A stretch of 15,711 nt of DNA from a virus (IMGVR_UViG_3300047476_001238:1-15711), one strand, 5' to 3'; positions 1-7,234 are shown, counted from the stretch's first letter. Notes: generated by a model not told the origin, from the sequence alone. A program made the numbers and translations.

Positions 1-144
1 GGCAGCTAGCTCGTCAAGATTAGAATCTTCCTCTTCAGACTCTTCTTCGGATTCGTCTTCGGTTTCCTCTTCAGACTCTTCTTCAAGTTCGTCCTCGTTT
101 TCTAATTCTTCGTTTTTGTTTTCGTTTTCGTTTTCTTGTGACAT
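1..144 (-). CDS. Hypothetical protein with extremely acidic N-terminus (partial, runs off window start)
   Basis: Not in ORF track. ATG at 144, 1 nt after the TAA of the 895-aa gene, open to position 1: MSQENENENKNEELENEDELEEESEEETEDESEEESEEEDSNLDELAA... Confidence 0.75.
   Translation of the reverse strand, partial: MSQENENENKNEELENEDELEEESEEETEDESEEESEEEDSNLDELAA
29..84. repeat. 20-bp exact direct repeat, 36-bp period, within the acidic coding tract
   Basis: tcctcttcagactcttcttc at 29-48 and 65-84; encodes EEESEE twice. Confidence 0.85.
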
Positions 145-145
145 A

Positions 146-2833
146 TTAATTTCCTAAGTTATATTGCGAATCAACCATACGCTGGTGAACGCTGTCGCTT
201 CCGCCGAACAATCCTCGTCCCGAGGGGGTATCCACAGTGCGCTGATTGTTATAGATTGTAAATGGTTTATACCCATTTCCGTCAGGTAGTATAAATCTAC
301 CATAATTATCGAATCCGGGTGTGTATCCCATTGCTTGAATAACTACATTCTGTACGTCCATTTGTGTTTGCATGTCAACAGCTCGTCCCATTTCGTTGGC
401 TAGGTCTTTGCCTTTAGCTACTGCTTCTTTTCTAGCTGCCTCACGTTTTTGTTCTGCAATGGCTTCTCTTGCAGTGACGGGTCTGTCTGGTCGAACTCCA
501 TCCTTGGGGGCTTCAACTACTGCGTCAGTTTTTTTAGTTTCTTTGGTTGTGGATTCTTGTGTGGTGCTGGGCGCCGCAGCAGCAGTAGATGGTGCAGTTA
601 ATTTGACCACTGCTGCAGGACTGGCTTCTGCACTGGTAGCGGTGCTCTTTGTGGTCACTAAATTATTAACTACAGGATCAGCAACCACCGGTGATGCTTG
701 TGCTACAGGATCAGACACCTGTGCCAAAACAATAGTAGACGAGTTTGTGGTTGCAGCAGGCGTAGAGGTATTAGATCCAACATTTAATATATTCTTTTTA
801 GCATAGGCTTCTGCATAGTTTGGGCATTGATTACTGTATAATCCATCTTGACTACATGAATAAGCAAACTGATATCCCGGGCAATAAGATGCATACAAAG
901 GATTGGCCGAACAAGTCAATGATGTGGCCTGATATGTTGGGCACATGGTATTACTCAATGGATTAGTGGAACAGGTGTCTAATGCTGTCTGATATCCCGA
1001 GCAATATGTGGCATATAACGGATTTGTTGTACAACTGGATGTGGCTTGTGCATAACCAGGACACAACGAATTACTTAAAGGATTCACTGAGCAAGTATTC
1101 ATTGTGCTTTGATAACTTGGGCAGTAAGATGCATTTAGCGGATTGGCCGAACAACTGGCTTGTGCTACACTATATCCCGGGCACAAATTATTGCTCAATG
1201 GATCAGTAGTACATACATTTAAAGTGTTTTGATAATTTGGGCAATATGCAGCATTCAAAGAATTAGCTGAACAACTGGCAACGGCAGATGTATACCCCCA
1301 ACATAAAGTATTACTCAATGGATCAACCGAACATGTATATTGAGCAGATTGATATCCGGGACAGTAAGATGCATTTAATGCGTTGGCCGAGCAACTGACC
1401 GCGGCCGATTGATACCCCGGGCAATAAGAACCGTACAATGGGTTCACCGAACATTCTGTAGACGCAGTTTGATATGCAGGACACAACTGATTACCTAGAG
1501 GATTTGTACTGCATTGACTTAAGGCGGTTGAATACCCTGAACAAGTGGTACTATATAAAGAGTTTAAGTTGCATTGCTGAGTTAGGTAAGCAGCAGCATA
1601 TCCAGGGCAACTTGTGTTATAAAGTTGATTGGCGTTGCACTGTTGTGTAAAGTAAGCCTGAGCATATCCTGGGCATCCAGAGTCATATAATGCATTGATG
1701 CTGCATTGTTGTGTGTAATAGGCTGCTGCATAACCAGTGCAAGTTGTACTGGATAGTGGATTAATTACACATGGATCTGCTGTATAAACTGCACTGCTAT
1801 ACATGTTTGTGATACTTGCATTACCCGATGTCCATGGGCTCATACTAAATGTGCCTAGCGTTGACATCGGTACGCTAGAGCTTAATCTGTACTGTTTAGA
1901 ATATGTTCCGCTAGTACCATTATCGCCACCGTTATGTGTTCGGTTGTCTGTGTAAATTGTTGTTCCGGCGCTGTTAGTCAATGATGTATTAACACCTGCG
2001 TCAGAATAATTAAAACCAGTTATACAAAAACCAAATATATCCCATACTGCACAGTTTCTACCGGCAACATTATAGTTGTATCCATAGTTAAATCCGTGGA
2101 TAGTTGCACCTGCGCCCGCTAATGCCAGAGATGAATTAATAGCATACGCTTGCAAACCAGTAGTACCAGACAGTAAATTTTCACTGACGCTTACTGTATT
2201 GTAATTTGGGCAGGTCGGTGAATAGGCTGGGTTGGCAACACACGGGTCAATGCTGTAATTTAAACTCATACTAACATTGCGAATTTGTGGTCCAAAGTAG
2301 CCGGCCCAGAATCCGCCGTCGGCACCCTGTACGCCAAATTGTATATAAGTTGTATCGGCTATATTATACGGATTAGCTGCTACTTTAGTTCCAGTGACAG
2401 TTTTCCAATCAAATTTGGTATTGTAAAACTGATTGCTAGATAGTAATACCGAGTTCTGCGGTCCTCTTAGCAGTTGCGAAACAGTGAATGTGTCAATGCC
2501 ACCTTGTCTATCGTCACCGTTCATATTACGCACATCGTAGCTATAATTATAACCGTTGATTTTAACACCAGCACCAACATGAGCCAATGCTTGATTGATA
2601 GCATAGGTTTGCCCTATACTTGCACTACTATAACTAAAACTTATTGTATTAGTGGCAGGATCATATAACGGCGTCGGACCGCCTGGCATATATGTTGAAG
2701 GTAAAGTGCCCGTTTGAACACCATACCAGGTATGGTTAGTACCTGAAGTAATTAAGTTAGGTGTTGTTTCTATCGTTTGAGCATTTGCAAAACTGAACAA
2801 TCCTAACAATGCTGCGGTTAGGATTCGTTTCAT
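146..2833 (-). CDS. Secreted/exported Cys-rich repeat protein, 895 aa, function unknown
   Basis: Sec-type signal peptide MKRILTAALLGLFSFANA; two related beta-rich domains (YAINQALAHVGAGVKINGYNY / YAINSSLALAGAGATIHGFNY); tandem C-x9-C-x2-Y repeats; S/T/A/P linker; charged helical segment; coupled to upstream gene by TAATG overlap. Confidence 0.85.
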   Translation of the reverse strand: MKRILTAALLGLFSFANAQTIETTPNLITSGTNHTWYGVQTGTLPSTYMPGGPTPLYDPATNTISFSYSSASIGQTYAINQALAHVGAGVKINGYNYSYDVRNMNGDDRQGGIDTFTVSQLLRGPQNSVLLSSNQFYNTKFDWKTVTGTKVAANPYNIADTTYIQFGVQGADGGFWAGYFGPQIRNVSMSLNYSIDPCVANPAYSPTCPNYNTVSVSENLLSGTTGLQAYAINSSLALAGAGATIHGFNYGYNYNVAGRNCAVWDIFGFCITGFNYSDAGVNTSLTNSAGTTIYTDNRTHNGGDNGTSGTYSKQYRLSSSVPMSTLGTFSMSPWTSGNASITNMYSSAVYTADPCVINPLSSTTCTGYAAAYYTQQCSINALYDSGCPGYAQAYFTQQCNANQLYNTSCPGYAAAYLTQQCNLNSLYSTTCSGYSTALSQCSTNPLGNQLCPAYQTASTECSVNPLYGSYCPGYQSAAVSCSANALNASYCPGYQSAQYTCSVDPLSNTLCWGYTSAVASCSANSLNAAYCPNYQNTLNVCTTDPLSNNLCPGYSVAQASCSANPLNASYCPSYQSTMNTCSVNPLSNSLCPGYAQATSSCTTNPLYATYCSGYQTALDTCSTNPLSNTMCPTYQATSLTCSANPLYASYCPGYQFAYSCSQDGLYSNQCPNYAEAYAKKNILNVGSNTSTPAATTNSSTIVLAQVSDPVAQASPVVADPVVNNLVTTKSTATSAEASPAAVVKLTAPSTAAAAPSTTQESTTKETKKTDAVVEAPKDGVRPDRPVTAREAIAEQKREAARKEAVAKGKDLANEMGRAVDMQTQMDVQNVVIQAMGYTPGFDNYGRFILPDGNGYKPFTIYNNQRTVDTPSGRGLFGGSDSVHQRMVDSQYNLGN
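803..1771 (-). repeat. 16 tandem 19-22 aa repeats, consensus C-S/T-x-N-P-L-x4-C-P-G-Y-x6 (one further isolated copy at about 2201-2249)
   Basis: Counted in the translation from CVINPLSSTTCTGY to CSQDGLYSNQCPNY; the first three are 22 aa (ending TQQ), most others 20 aa. Confidence 0.95.
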
Positions 2834-3288
2834 TAATCTTTGCTCTTGACATTTTGCGGCATACGAGCAGGATTAGCATCCCAAATTTCTCTGGCAGCTT
2901 CACCAATTTTGCCGTCTACCGGACAAGGTGTACCGGCATTCATCATGGCAGTAAACACACGCTCGTCCTGGCACATGACTGCTACAGCAGCAACTTTCAT
3001 GCCCATATCAAACAGTGTTTTGGACAACTTTAATCTTTCGCAGTTTTTATCTACAAAAGTTTTACCGATGGATATACCAAGAATCTGTGTTTGCACAGCA
3101 CCAGTAGCTGCCACTGCACAAAGATCGTTGTTCATTGTGGTCACAGCAGGTGCTACTGCGGTAGGTGGAGGTGATTTGACTGTGGTAGTAGATTCTACGG
3201 TACTGCGTGATGTAGAATCAGTGACAATTGGATCAACTGCATAGGCAGTTGATGCTACCAAACTTAGTGCTAGCAATAATTTCTTCAT
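2833..3288 (-). CDS. Secreted Cys-containing protein, 151 aa, function unknown
   Basis: Start reassigned from TTG 3309 to ATG 3288 (AGGAG SD upstream, then signal peptide MKKLLLALSLVASTAYA); four Cys in the mature part (LCAV, NCER, MCQD, PCP). Confidence 0.85.
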   Translation of the reverse strand: MKKLLLALSLVASTAYAVDPIVTDSTSRSTVESTTTVKSPPPTAVAPAVTTMNNDLCAVAATGAVQTQILGISIGKTFVDKNCERLKLSKTLFDMGMKVAAVAVMCQDERVFTAMMNAGTPCPVDGKIGEAAREIWDANPARMPQNVKSKD

Positions 3289-3345
3289 TTTAGCTCCTGG
3301 GCGTTTCAACGCCTCTTTTTTTATAATAGAGCTTTGCTAGAAATA

Positions 3346-3353
3346 TATTTGTA
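3346..3353 (-). promoter_or_regulatory. Possible T4-late-like promoter variant (TACAAATA)
   Basis: One mismatch to TATAAATA; lies between the terminator and the secreted-protein operon, but the region is AT-rich. Confidence 0.3.
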
Positions 3354-3361
3354 GAAAAGAC

Positions 3362-3396
3362 AAAAAGCTCCTTTATCTTATTTAAGGAGCTTTTTT
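3362..3396 (-). terminator. Rho-independent terminator (potentially bidirectional)
   Basis: AAAAAGCTCCTT-N10-AAGGAGCTTTTT perfect inverted repeat with A/T tracts on both sides, just downstream of the 3413 stop. Confidence 0.85.
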
Positions 3397-3412
3397 AAAA
3401 AATTAAGTGTAG

Positions 3413-3727
3413 TTATTCTTGTTCTAGCGCAAACCTTGAACAAACAATTTCATAAAACTCGTCTAGATCACCACCAAATTTACCTTTAAGGTGTTCTGCC
3501 AGATCAATACATAATTTTGCATTTTTATCTTTGTTTGCTTGCACAAACTCTCGATGAAGTTTTTTCCAATGATCAAGCATGGTAATCTCAGTCAAAGGAA
3601 TAAGTTCGGTTGGAACTACACAAAACGTTTCTAATATTTTGTTTTCTACCACATGTGGCTCTAGTTCTAATACTGTGTATCTTTCACTGAGCTCTTCAGC
3701 TATTTGTCTTGAAAAAATTATATCCAT
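3413..3727 (-). CDS. Hypothetical protein, 104 aa, resembling the C-terminal region of class III (CHASE2-type) adenylate/guanylate cyclases
   Basis: Coupled ORF (TAATG); pattern IIF...AEE...Y.VLEL...V..K ... H.EF..A ... LKGKFGGDLDEFYEIV..R recalled as similar to cyclase C-termini; no catalytic N-terminal half. Confidence 0.45.
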   Translation of the reverse strand: MDIIFSRQIAEELSERYTVLELEPHVVENKILETFCVVPTELIPLTEITMLDHWKKLHREFVQANKDKNAKLCIDLAEHLKGKFGGDLDEFYEIVCSRFALEQE

Positions 3728-4281
3728 TATTTGGTTGCGCTTTCGTATGTACGTTTTTTAATACCCACTTCACTATATATTTGTTGCACAGCCCTGGCTT
3801 GATAATAACAATCAATCAAGGCATTGTGAGCACCGTGCCTATCTTTCTTTCTAGGATCGCCGTGTACACTAAACAGTGTACGACTGTCCCTAATCTGCCA
3901 GAACTGCCATGGTGTAGGTCTATCCATTTGTCTATATAAATCTTCTAGGATAACAATATCAAATGCAGGCCCTTGGCACCAAATATTATCTGCGCCTACC
4001 AAGAAACGATTGAGTTCGTCTAGCATGGCATTGATGCCAATCCTGCCCTCGATACCCATGGCCTCTTCGCGCACTTCTTCGGTTTGTGTTCCCCACCATT
4101 CAACAGTTAGATCTTGAATGTGCCGATCTAAAGCAATTTGCTCATCAACATCGGGCTTTAGATACAAGCCTTTATTGGTATCAACATCGCTTTCCCATGG
4201 ACTGAATTTGACTGCACCCAGGGTAAGGATCACTGCCCACGGTCTGGTGCTTAGTGTTTCTAGATCTAACATTACATCCAC
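3727..4281 (-). CDS. DEDDh 3'-5' exonuclease, Rv2179c/RNase AS-like exoribonuclease family
   Basis: Motifs DVMLDLETL (ExoI), WCQGPAFD (ExoII), HNALIDCYYQA (ExoIII); GTG start. Confidence 0.85.
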   Translation of the reverse strand: MDVMLDLETLSTRPWAVILTLGAVKFSPWESDVDTNKGLYLKPDVDEQIALDRHIQDLTVEWWGTQTEEVREEAMGIEGRIGINAMLDELNRFLVGADNIWCQGPAFDIVILEDLYRQMDRPTPWQFWQIRDSRTLFSVHGDPRKKDRHGAHNALIDCYYQARAVQQIYSEVGIKKRTYESATK

Positions 4282-4283
4282 GA

Positions 4284-4757
4284 TTAACTCCTTAGTGCTT
4301 TGTCTGCTTCGGCTGCTGCCACACGCTTACGCAGACTGCTTGAACTAAACGAATGATCTCGTCCGTTAAAAACTATGTGAATACCTCTGCTATAACATGC
4401 ATCGTCGCCGGTAAATGATTTGCCTTCGTACTCAACACCAAGTATACGCACGTCTAGAGGAAGAATCAACAGCAAGTCTACCAAATCCTGTTCGGTTTGA
4501 TAAACAACAACCTCGTCAACATAACGACACGCTGCCAATTGAATCTGTCTTTCAACAATGCTTTGTACTGGTTTGTTTTTCGTATCAGGTCGATCGATGG
4601 TCGGATCCGTTTGCAATCCGGCAATAAGATAATCGCAATGATTCTTAGCCTCGGCGAGCATAGCAACATGACCCGCATGAAGCATGTCAAAAGTAGAGAA
4701 CGTGATTCCAATCTTAAGTCCTTTATCCTTAAGTTCTCGAATTTTATTAAATATCAT
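4284..4757 (-). CDS. Cytidylyltransferase, glycerol-3-phosphate cytidylyltransferase (TagD)-like
   Basis: HIGH-type motif FDMLHAGH, KPVQSIVER, YVDEV and C-terminal SSSSLR motif. Confidence 0.9.
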   Translation of the reverse strand: MIFNKIRELKDKGLKIGITFSTFDMLHAGHVAMLAEAKNHCDYLIAGLQTDPTIDRPDTKNKPVQSIVERQIQLAACRYVDEVVVYQTEQDLVDLLLILPLDVRILGVEYEGKSFTGDDACYSRGIHIVFNGRDHSFSSSSLRKRVAAAEADKALRS

Positions 4758-5482
4758 TTTGTATAAAAGTTCACTAATGAAAGTAATTGATAATCATAAC
4801 TTAAATTTAACAAAATTTTCTGTTTTAATTTAAAGTTGTCGGGATTCAAAACAAAATTGCTGAAAAAAATATAAACTAAATTTTTTTTATCAAACTCATT
4901 TATTTTGGTGTTATTCATATTGTTCAAAATATTGTTTTCTTTGAGATAGTGATTGAGCTGATAACCCAATTTGTTATTCATCCAAAAAAAGTCAATATTT
5001 TTTATGTTTGCTGGATAAAGATGCCAGACTTGCGGAAGTCCGTGAAAATCATACGACAGTTTTTCTATCAAGTAATTGGTTGCTACCAAACTCAAATAGT
5101 TTTTATCCTTGATCAGTTGTTCAAAAATTTGTACGCTTGTGTCAAGATCAAATCCTGATTTTTCATTGTCGTTGATAAAATACGATACTGCACCACTAAT
5201 CCATCTTTCCAGCGGATCTCTTAATACAACAAATCCTCTATATTTGTTTGATTGTAATTTATCACAGTCCTCATGATAATTTATTACTCTCATAGAGTTT
5301 GTGTGATGATCAATATAGGTATTTGCACACTTACCTATTCTTAACCAATACAATCTGCTTGCATCATTAATTTTTCCAATTGATGCATACTTGATTCCTT
5401 CAACTGTTGAATTAATAGTAAACTCTTCATAAGCTGAATGAGCCAACTTTGCAATAGCATCGCACGATTGCTGCGAAATCAT
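4754..5482 (-). CDS. Putative sulfotransferase (Sulfotransfer_2-like family)
   Basis: PAPS-binding-like motifs RIGKCANTYI and VVLRDPLERWISG; start moved from TTG 5485 to ATG 5482 (TGATG overlap with clpS stop). Confidence 0.65.
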   Translation of the reverse strand: MISQQSCDAIAKLAHSAYEEFTINSTVEGIKYASIGKINDASRLYWLRIGKCANTYIDHHTNSMRVINYHEDCDKLQSNKYRGFVVLRDPLERWISGAVSYFINDNEKSGFDLDTSVQIFEQLIKDKNYLSLVATNYLIEKLSYDFHGLPQVWHLYPANIKNIDFFWMNNKLGYQLNHYLKENNILNNMNNTKINEFDKKNLVYIFFSNFVLNPDNFKLKQKILLNLSYDYQLLSLVNFYTK

Positions 5483-5793
5483 CAATTGGCTGGTTCTAGT
5501 TTGATACTGAGAGGAAAACCATTGGTCCTTGCCAACAAGGTGGCTTCAACACCTTTTTGTTCAGCAATTTCGTACGGTAAAGTTTTTACAACACTGCTAC
5601 CATCTTCGTGAATTTTCTTGGTCAATTCATAAGCGGTATTTTCGTCATGATGGAAAATGCTTTTTAAACTTTCAATTACAAATTCCATAGTGGTCACGTT
5701 ATCATTCATGTAGATAACATTAAACAAACTAGGTGGCTGAACTGACTGCTTGGTTGCTACCTTGGGTTTATTGATTGTATCAGTTTTACTCAT
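5482..5793 (-). CDS. clpS: ATP-dependent Clp protease adaptor ClpS
   Basis: FNVIYMNDNVTTMEFVIESL..IF, IHEDG, EIAEQK, ARTNGFPL match the ClpS core; about 23-aa N-terminal extension present. Confidence 0.93.
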   Translation of the reverse strand: MSKTDTINKPKVATKQSVQPPSLFNVIYMNDNVTTMEFVIESLKSIFHHDENTAYELTKKIHEDGSSVVKTLPYEIAEQKGVEATLLARTNGFPLSIKLEPAN

Positions 5794-5810
5794 AATTTTA
5801 AAATTAGATT

Positions 5811-5835
5811 CAGTAGGAGCAAGATGCTCCTACTG
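5811..5835 (-). terminator. Perfect 11-bp hairpin between hsp20 and clpS (terminator or processing/stability element)
   Basis: CAGTAGGAGCA-aga-TGCTCCTACTG; the U tract on the minus strand is weak (AATCTAATTTT). Confidence 0.5.
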
Positions 5836-5848
5836 TTATTACACTATA

Positions 5849-6301
5849 TTACTTAGCGAAGGTAATTGCAATCTTCTTGGGCTTTTGTTCCTCAGGAACA
5901 ATATGCTCTAAGCTGATTGCCAGGATACCGTTAATAACGGTGGCTCCTTTTACTTCTACGTTTTCGTTTAGTGTAAACGAACGAGTGAAAGAGCGAGCAC
6001 TGATACCGCGATGTACGTATTCCTGCTCGTCCTTTACTTTACGCTCGCCCTTGATATATAGTACATTGTCCTTGCGTTCAATGTCTAGTTCATCTTCCCC
6101 GAAGCCTGCAACAGCCACTTGAATGGCCCAGTTGTTTTCGTCAACTTTGATAATGTTGTAGGGTGGGTAATTATCTGCCTTGGCGCTGTTGGCCCATGTG
6201 CGGCCTAGCTCATCAAACAAGCGATCAAAACCAATCGCATGGCGATGAATTTGTGCAGATAGTTGTGGAAGGTCAAGGGTGTTGATTTGGAATTGTGTCA
6301 T
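5849..6301 (-). CDS. hsp20: Small heat shock protein, Hsp20/IbpA-like
   Basis: IGFDRLFD, YPPYNI, IQVAVAGF, YVHRGISARSFTRSFTL, NGILAISL motifs of alpha-crystallin-domain IbpA/B proteins; SD AAGGAG. Confidence 0.95.
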   Translation of the reverse strand: MTQFQINTLDLPQLSAQIHRHAIGFDRLFDELGRTWANSAKADNYPPYNIIKVDENNWAIQVAVAGFGEDELDIERKDNVLYIKGERKVKDEQEYVHRGISARSFTRSFTLNENVEVKGATVINGILAISLEHIVPEEQKPKKIAITFAK

Positions 6302-6307
6302 AATTTT

Positions 6308-6355
6308 CTCCTTTCAAATAAGCAAGTATGACTGTGTAGCCCTAGTGGCGCTACA
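6308..6355 (-). promoter_or_regulatory. ROSE-like RNA thermometer in the hsp20 5' UTR
   Basis: Minus strand CUUGCUU-AUUUGA-AAGGAG (6326-6308) pairs U(U)GCU against the AGGA SD with a bulged G; an upstream hairpin UGUAGC..GCUACA at 6355-6335. Confidence 0.65.
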
Positions 6356-6359
6356 TGTA

Positions 6360-6367
6360 TATTTATA
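6360..6367 (-). promoter_or_regulatory. T4-type late promoter (TATAAATA)
   Basis: Exact T4 gp55 consensus in the intergenic gap, immediately upstream of the hsp20 UTR hairpins. Confidence 0.65.
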
Positions 6368-6390
6368 CACGAAAATATCGTTTTTTGCAA

Positions 6391-6633
6391 TTATTTTGGA
6401 TTCTTAAATTCAAAATGACTTGATACGTATGAATGTGGTACCCAAGTAAGTGCAAATTGGGTATATTCTTTATCGCCCTCAAGGCACAATCGAAATGTGT
6501 ATTTGTGTATTTTGGTCCGATACTTAATGTCGTATTTTGCTGCCCATGCTTCAATGTCTTTTTTAATCAACTGAAGAGCATGTCCAGCAGCCATTCCGCC
6601 TGCGCCTGTTGGCAAGCGAAATTCTATGTACAT
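6391..6633 (-). CDS. Hypothetical protein, 80 aa
   Basis: Start moved to ATG 6633 (MYIEFRLP...), 1 nt after the rpsU stop; the longer 6777 version would overlap rpsU by more than 140 nt. Confidence 0.75.
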   Translation of the reverse strand: MYIEFRLPTGAGGMAAGHALQLIKKDIEAWAAKYDIKYRTKIHKYTFRLCLEGDKEYTQFALTWVPHSYVSSHFEFKNPK

Positions 6634-6634
6634 A

Positions 6635-6871
6635 TCAGAATAGTTTTTTAGGTAGCTGCTCGTCAGATAGCTTTTTAAGCCAGCGACGACGTGCTGCACT
6701 TTTGGCTTTTTTTCGAGCAGTGGTGGGTTTTTCGTACGATTCGCGCTCGCGCAGTTCCTGTAATAGTCCGCTATCACTTACTTTTTTCTTAAACTTACGC
6801 AGGGCTTTTTCTACGTTATCGTTAACTACCAGTACTCGATTACCGGTCACTTTATTGAATTTATCAAACAT
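6635..6871 (-). CDS. rpsU: Ribosomal protein bS21
   Basis: V.V.NDNVEKALRKFKKKV...G.LQELRERESYEKPTTARKKAKSAARRR is the bS21 signature. Confidence 0.93.
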   Translation of the reverse strand: MFDKFNKVTGNRVLVVNDNVEKALRKFKKKVSDSGLLQELRERESYEKPTTARKKAKSAARRRWLKKLSDEQLPKKLF

Positions 6872-6874
6872 AAT

Positions 6875-7234
6875 TTATTTATTTTGTTGATGATATCTTA
6901 CCGCAAAATATTGAAACACTGTATCAACCTTGGTGGACGAAGTCACAAGGGCATGCGGACCATAATAATAAGTTTTATCCAATGTACACAAATGATCTGT
7001 GACTGAATCTCGTGTGCTGGTGTTTACTATCACAGCATCGCTCAATTCCACTGCACGATCTAGCCATGCGGTGTCATTCATTTCAGATCTATAAAGATAA
7101 ATGTTAAACTGATCGTCGCTGCCTTTGCACATGCGTCCTAACAGTTCCACTTCTTCCAATGTGGCATTGACCACTGTGACCGTATGAAACCGGTCTTCTA
7201 CAAAATCCGGGGGAGTTATAAAATTACTATACAC
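6875..7234 (-). CDS. Hypothetical protein, 119 aa (alpha/beta-like pattern)
   Basis: GTG-start ORF filling the gap between the 570-aa gene and rpsU; no family recognised. Confidence 0.75.
   Translation of the reverse strand: MYSNFITPPDFVEDRFHTVTVVNATLEEVELLGRMCKGSDDQFNIYLYRSEMNDTAWLDRAVELSDAVIVNTSTRDSVTDHLCTLDKTYYYGPHALVTSSTKVDTVFQYFAVRYHQQNK
6876..6883 (-). promoter_or_regulatory. Possible late-promoter motif (AATAAATA) 4 nt before the rpsU ATG
   Basis: TAAATA core, no SD before rpsU; caveat: the motif coincides with the AAT AAA TAA end of the upstream gene. Confidence 0.35.

Noticed and set aside
803-1771. Regularly spaced DNA repeats as CRISPR array or DGR template/variable repeats
   Set aside because: Repeats are degenerate at synonymous positions, keep the reading frame, have no unique spacers or A-specific mismatch pattern, and no cas or reverse transcriptase gene is present.
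6634-6777. N-terminal extension of the 128-aa ORF overlapping rpsU
   Set aside because: A coupled ATG at 6633 directly after the rpsU stop is more parsimonious than a long same-strand overlap.
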